Both the position numbers and the translations under genes were made by a program. A stretch of DNA of 6,129 nucleotides from a virus. Numbering within the stretch: the first letter of the stretch is position 1; every line of letters begins with the position of its first letter. The stretch covers positions 1-6,129 of the IMG/VR virus record IMGVR_UViG_3300020041_000003, one strand, 5' to 3'. Of this stretch, positions 5,402-6,129 are shown piece after piece. The notes beneath the pieces are model-generated. The model saw nothing but the letters and a program-made list of their open reading frames with translations, was not told the origin of the DNA and ran no database searches.

Positions 5402-6129
5402 TGGCTTGCTCATCTCCCATATGGATACGAAATCGTCGTTATTTCGATAAGAAGAATCCTTGTCGTAATGGTTCCGACGCCGCCAAGTCCGCTTTGGCTC
5501 TCCGCCCCTGGGATACTGCTCGCCAGTGGCTAATGGTTCCCTGCGGAAAGTGCGAAGACTGCTTGCGTCGTCAGCGTAACGATTGGTTTGTTCGACTTGA
5601 GCGTGAGCTTGCTCGTTGTAAAGCCGATTCTCAGCAGGCTATTTTTATTACGATAACTATAGCTCCTAAGTATTACGAGGAGGCATTGATTGATCCGACT
5701 CGTTTTATTCGACGGTGGAACGAGCGTGTCCGTCATAACCTTGGTCACTCCTTTAAACATGCGTTTTTCCAGGAGTTTGGCACCCATCCCGAAGTTGGCT
5801 CTGAGCCGCGCCTACATTTCCATGGTTTCTTGTTCGGGACTAATGTTCTATACAACGAAATCCGGAAGGCTGTCGGAGACCTTGGGTTTGTTTGGCTCGG
5901 AAAAGGTACGCATAAACGAGCTCGATATGTTGTTAAATATGTTACTAAACAGATTCAGTTTAACCCCGAAGATGTTTCGGGCAAATTTGTTACTCTAAAT
6001 GGAAAACCTACACCTTTATCTTGCCTCCTCCAACATCGCCGTTATACGCGAAAATTCGTATCTGCTGGCGTTGGTGATTTTCTTGGTTATATGCCTCGCC
6101 CTTCTGCTCGTGTTTCGTCGTGGTCTTAT
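5401..6129 (+). CDS. VP4: Replication initiation protein (Microviridae VP4 / phiX174 A-like HUH endonuclease), N-terminal part; open to the window end, continues at 117..458 after the circular junction
   Basis: Hand translation gives MACSSPIWIRNRRYF...VPCGKCEDCLRRQRNDWFVRL (Cys cluster). It continues with IFITITI (motif I, 5641..5661), LHFHGFLF (HUH motif II, H-F-H at 5815..5823) and RYVVKYVTK (motif III with two Tyr three residues apart, 5926..5940, as in the phiX174 A protein). There is no stop before 6129. Confidence 0.9.
   Translation, partial: MACSSPIWIRNRRYFDKKNPCRNGSDAAKSALALRPWDTARQWLMVPCGKCEDCLRRQRNDWFVRLERELARCKADSQQAIFITITIAPKYYEEALIDPTRFIRRWNERVRHNLGHSFKHAFFQEFGTHPEVGSEPRLHFHGFLFGTNVLYNEIRKAVGDLGFVWLGKGTHKRARYVVKYVTKQIQFNPEDVSGKFVTLNGKPTPLSCLLQHRRYTRKFVSAGVGDFLGYMPRPSARVSSWSY
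6014..6129 (+). repeat. Terminal redundancy, copy 2 (identical to 1..116)
   Basis: See copy 1. This copy lies inside the Rep coding sequence, so it is an overlap from circular assembly or permutation rather than a biological terminal repeat. Confidence 0.95.

Noticed and set aside
3-5787. All minus-strand ORFs in the track (3..341, 483..785, 1323..1697, 2289..2501, 2873..3085, 3644..4231, 3955..4164, 4314..4529, 4763..4987, 4926..5114, 5075..5413, 5530..5787)
   Set aside because: Each lies antisense to a well-supported +-strand gene or spans the structured non-coding region. None has a recognisable motif. Their composition (Arg/Asn/Lys/Ile-rich) is what an antisense reading of T3-rich codons gives. 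Known Microviridae transcribe only one strand.

Overview
The window is a complete circular ssDNA phage genome of the family Microviridae. The first 116 nt (1..116) recur exactly at 6014..6129, so the unit genome is 6013 nt. It was linearised inside the replication-initiator gene. All credible genes are on the + strand and tightly packed. In circular order they are: Rep/VP4 (5401..6013 joined to 1..458, 356 aa), major capsid VP1 (462..2261), a small acidic ORF (2274..2570), a small lipoprotein-like membrane ORF (2704..2895), pilot/minor capsid VP2 (2897..4267), a two-ORF accessory unit bracketed by a Bacteroides-type promoter and a strong intrinsic terminator (4281..5072), a GC-rich structured non-coding region (about 5077..5163), and a small basic ORF (5201..5401) whose stop overlaps the Rep start. 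Third codon positions look T-rich by eye. This explains why every alternative +-strand ORF in the track lies in the +1 frame and is hydrophobic. No start codon has a Shine-Dalgarno sequence, and one exact TTTG/TAnnTTTG promoter is present, which points to a Bacteroidota host (Alpavirinae-like or a related gut microvirus). I cannot confirm subfamily placement without alignments. No recognisable lysis enzyme, integrase, tRNA, CRISPR array or IS element was seen. The unexplained parts are the accessory cassette, the lipoprotein ORF, the structured non-coding region and the absence of a lysis function. All homology statements come from motif recognition by eye, not from searches.
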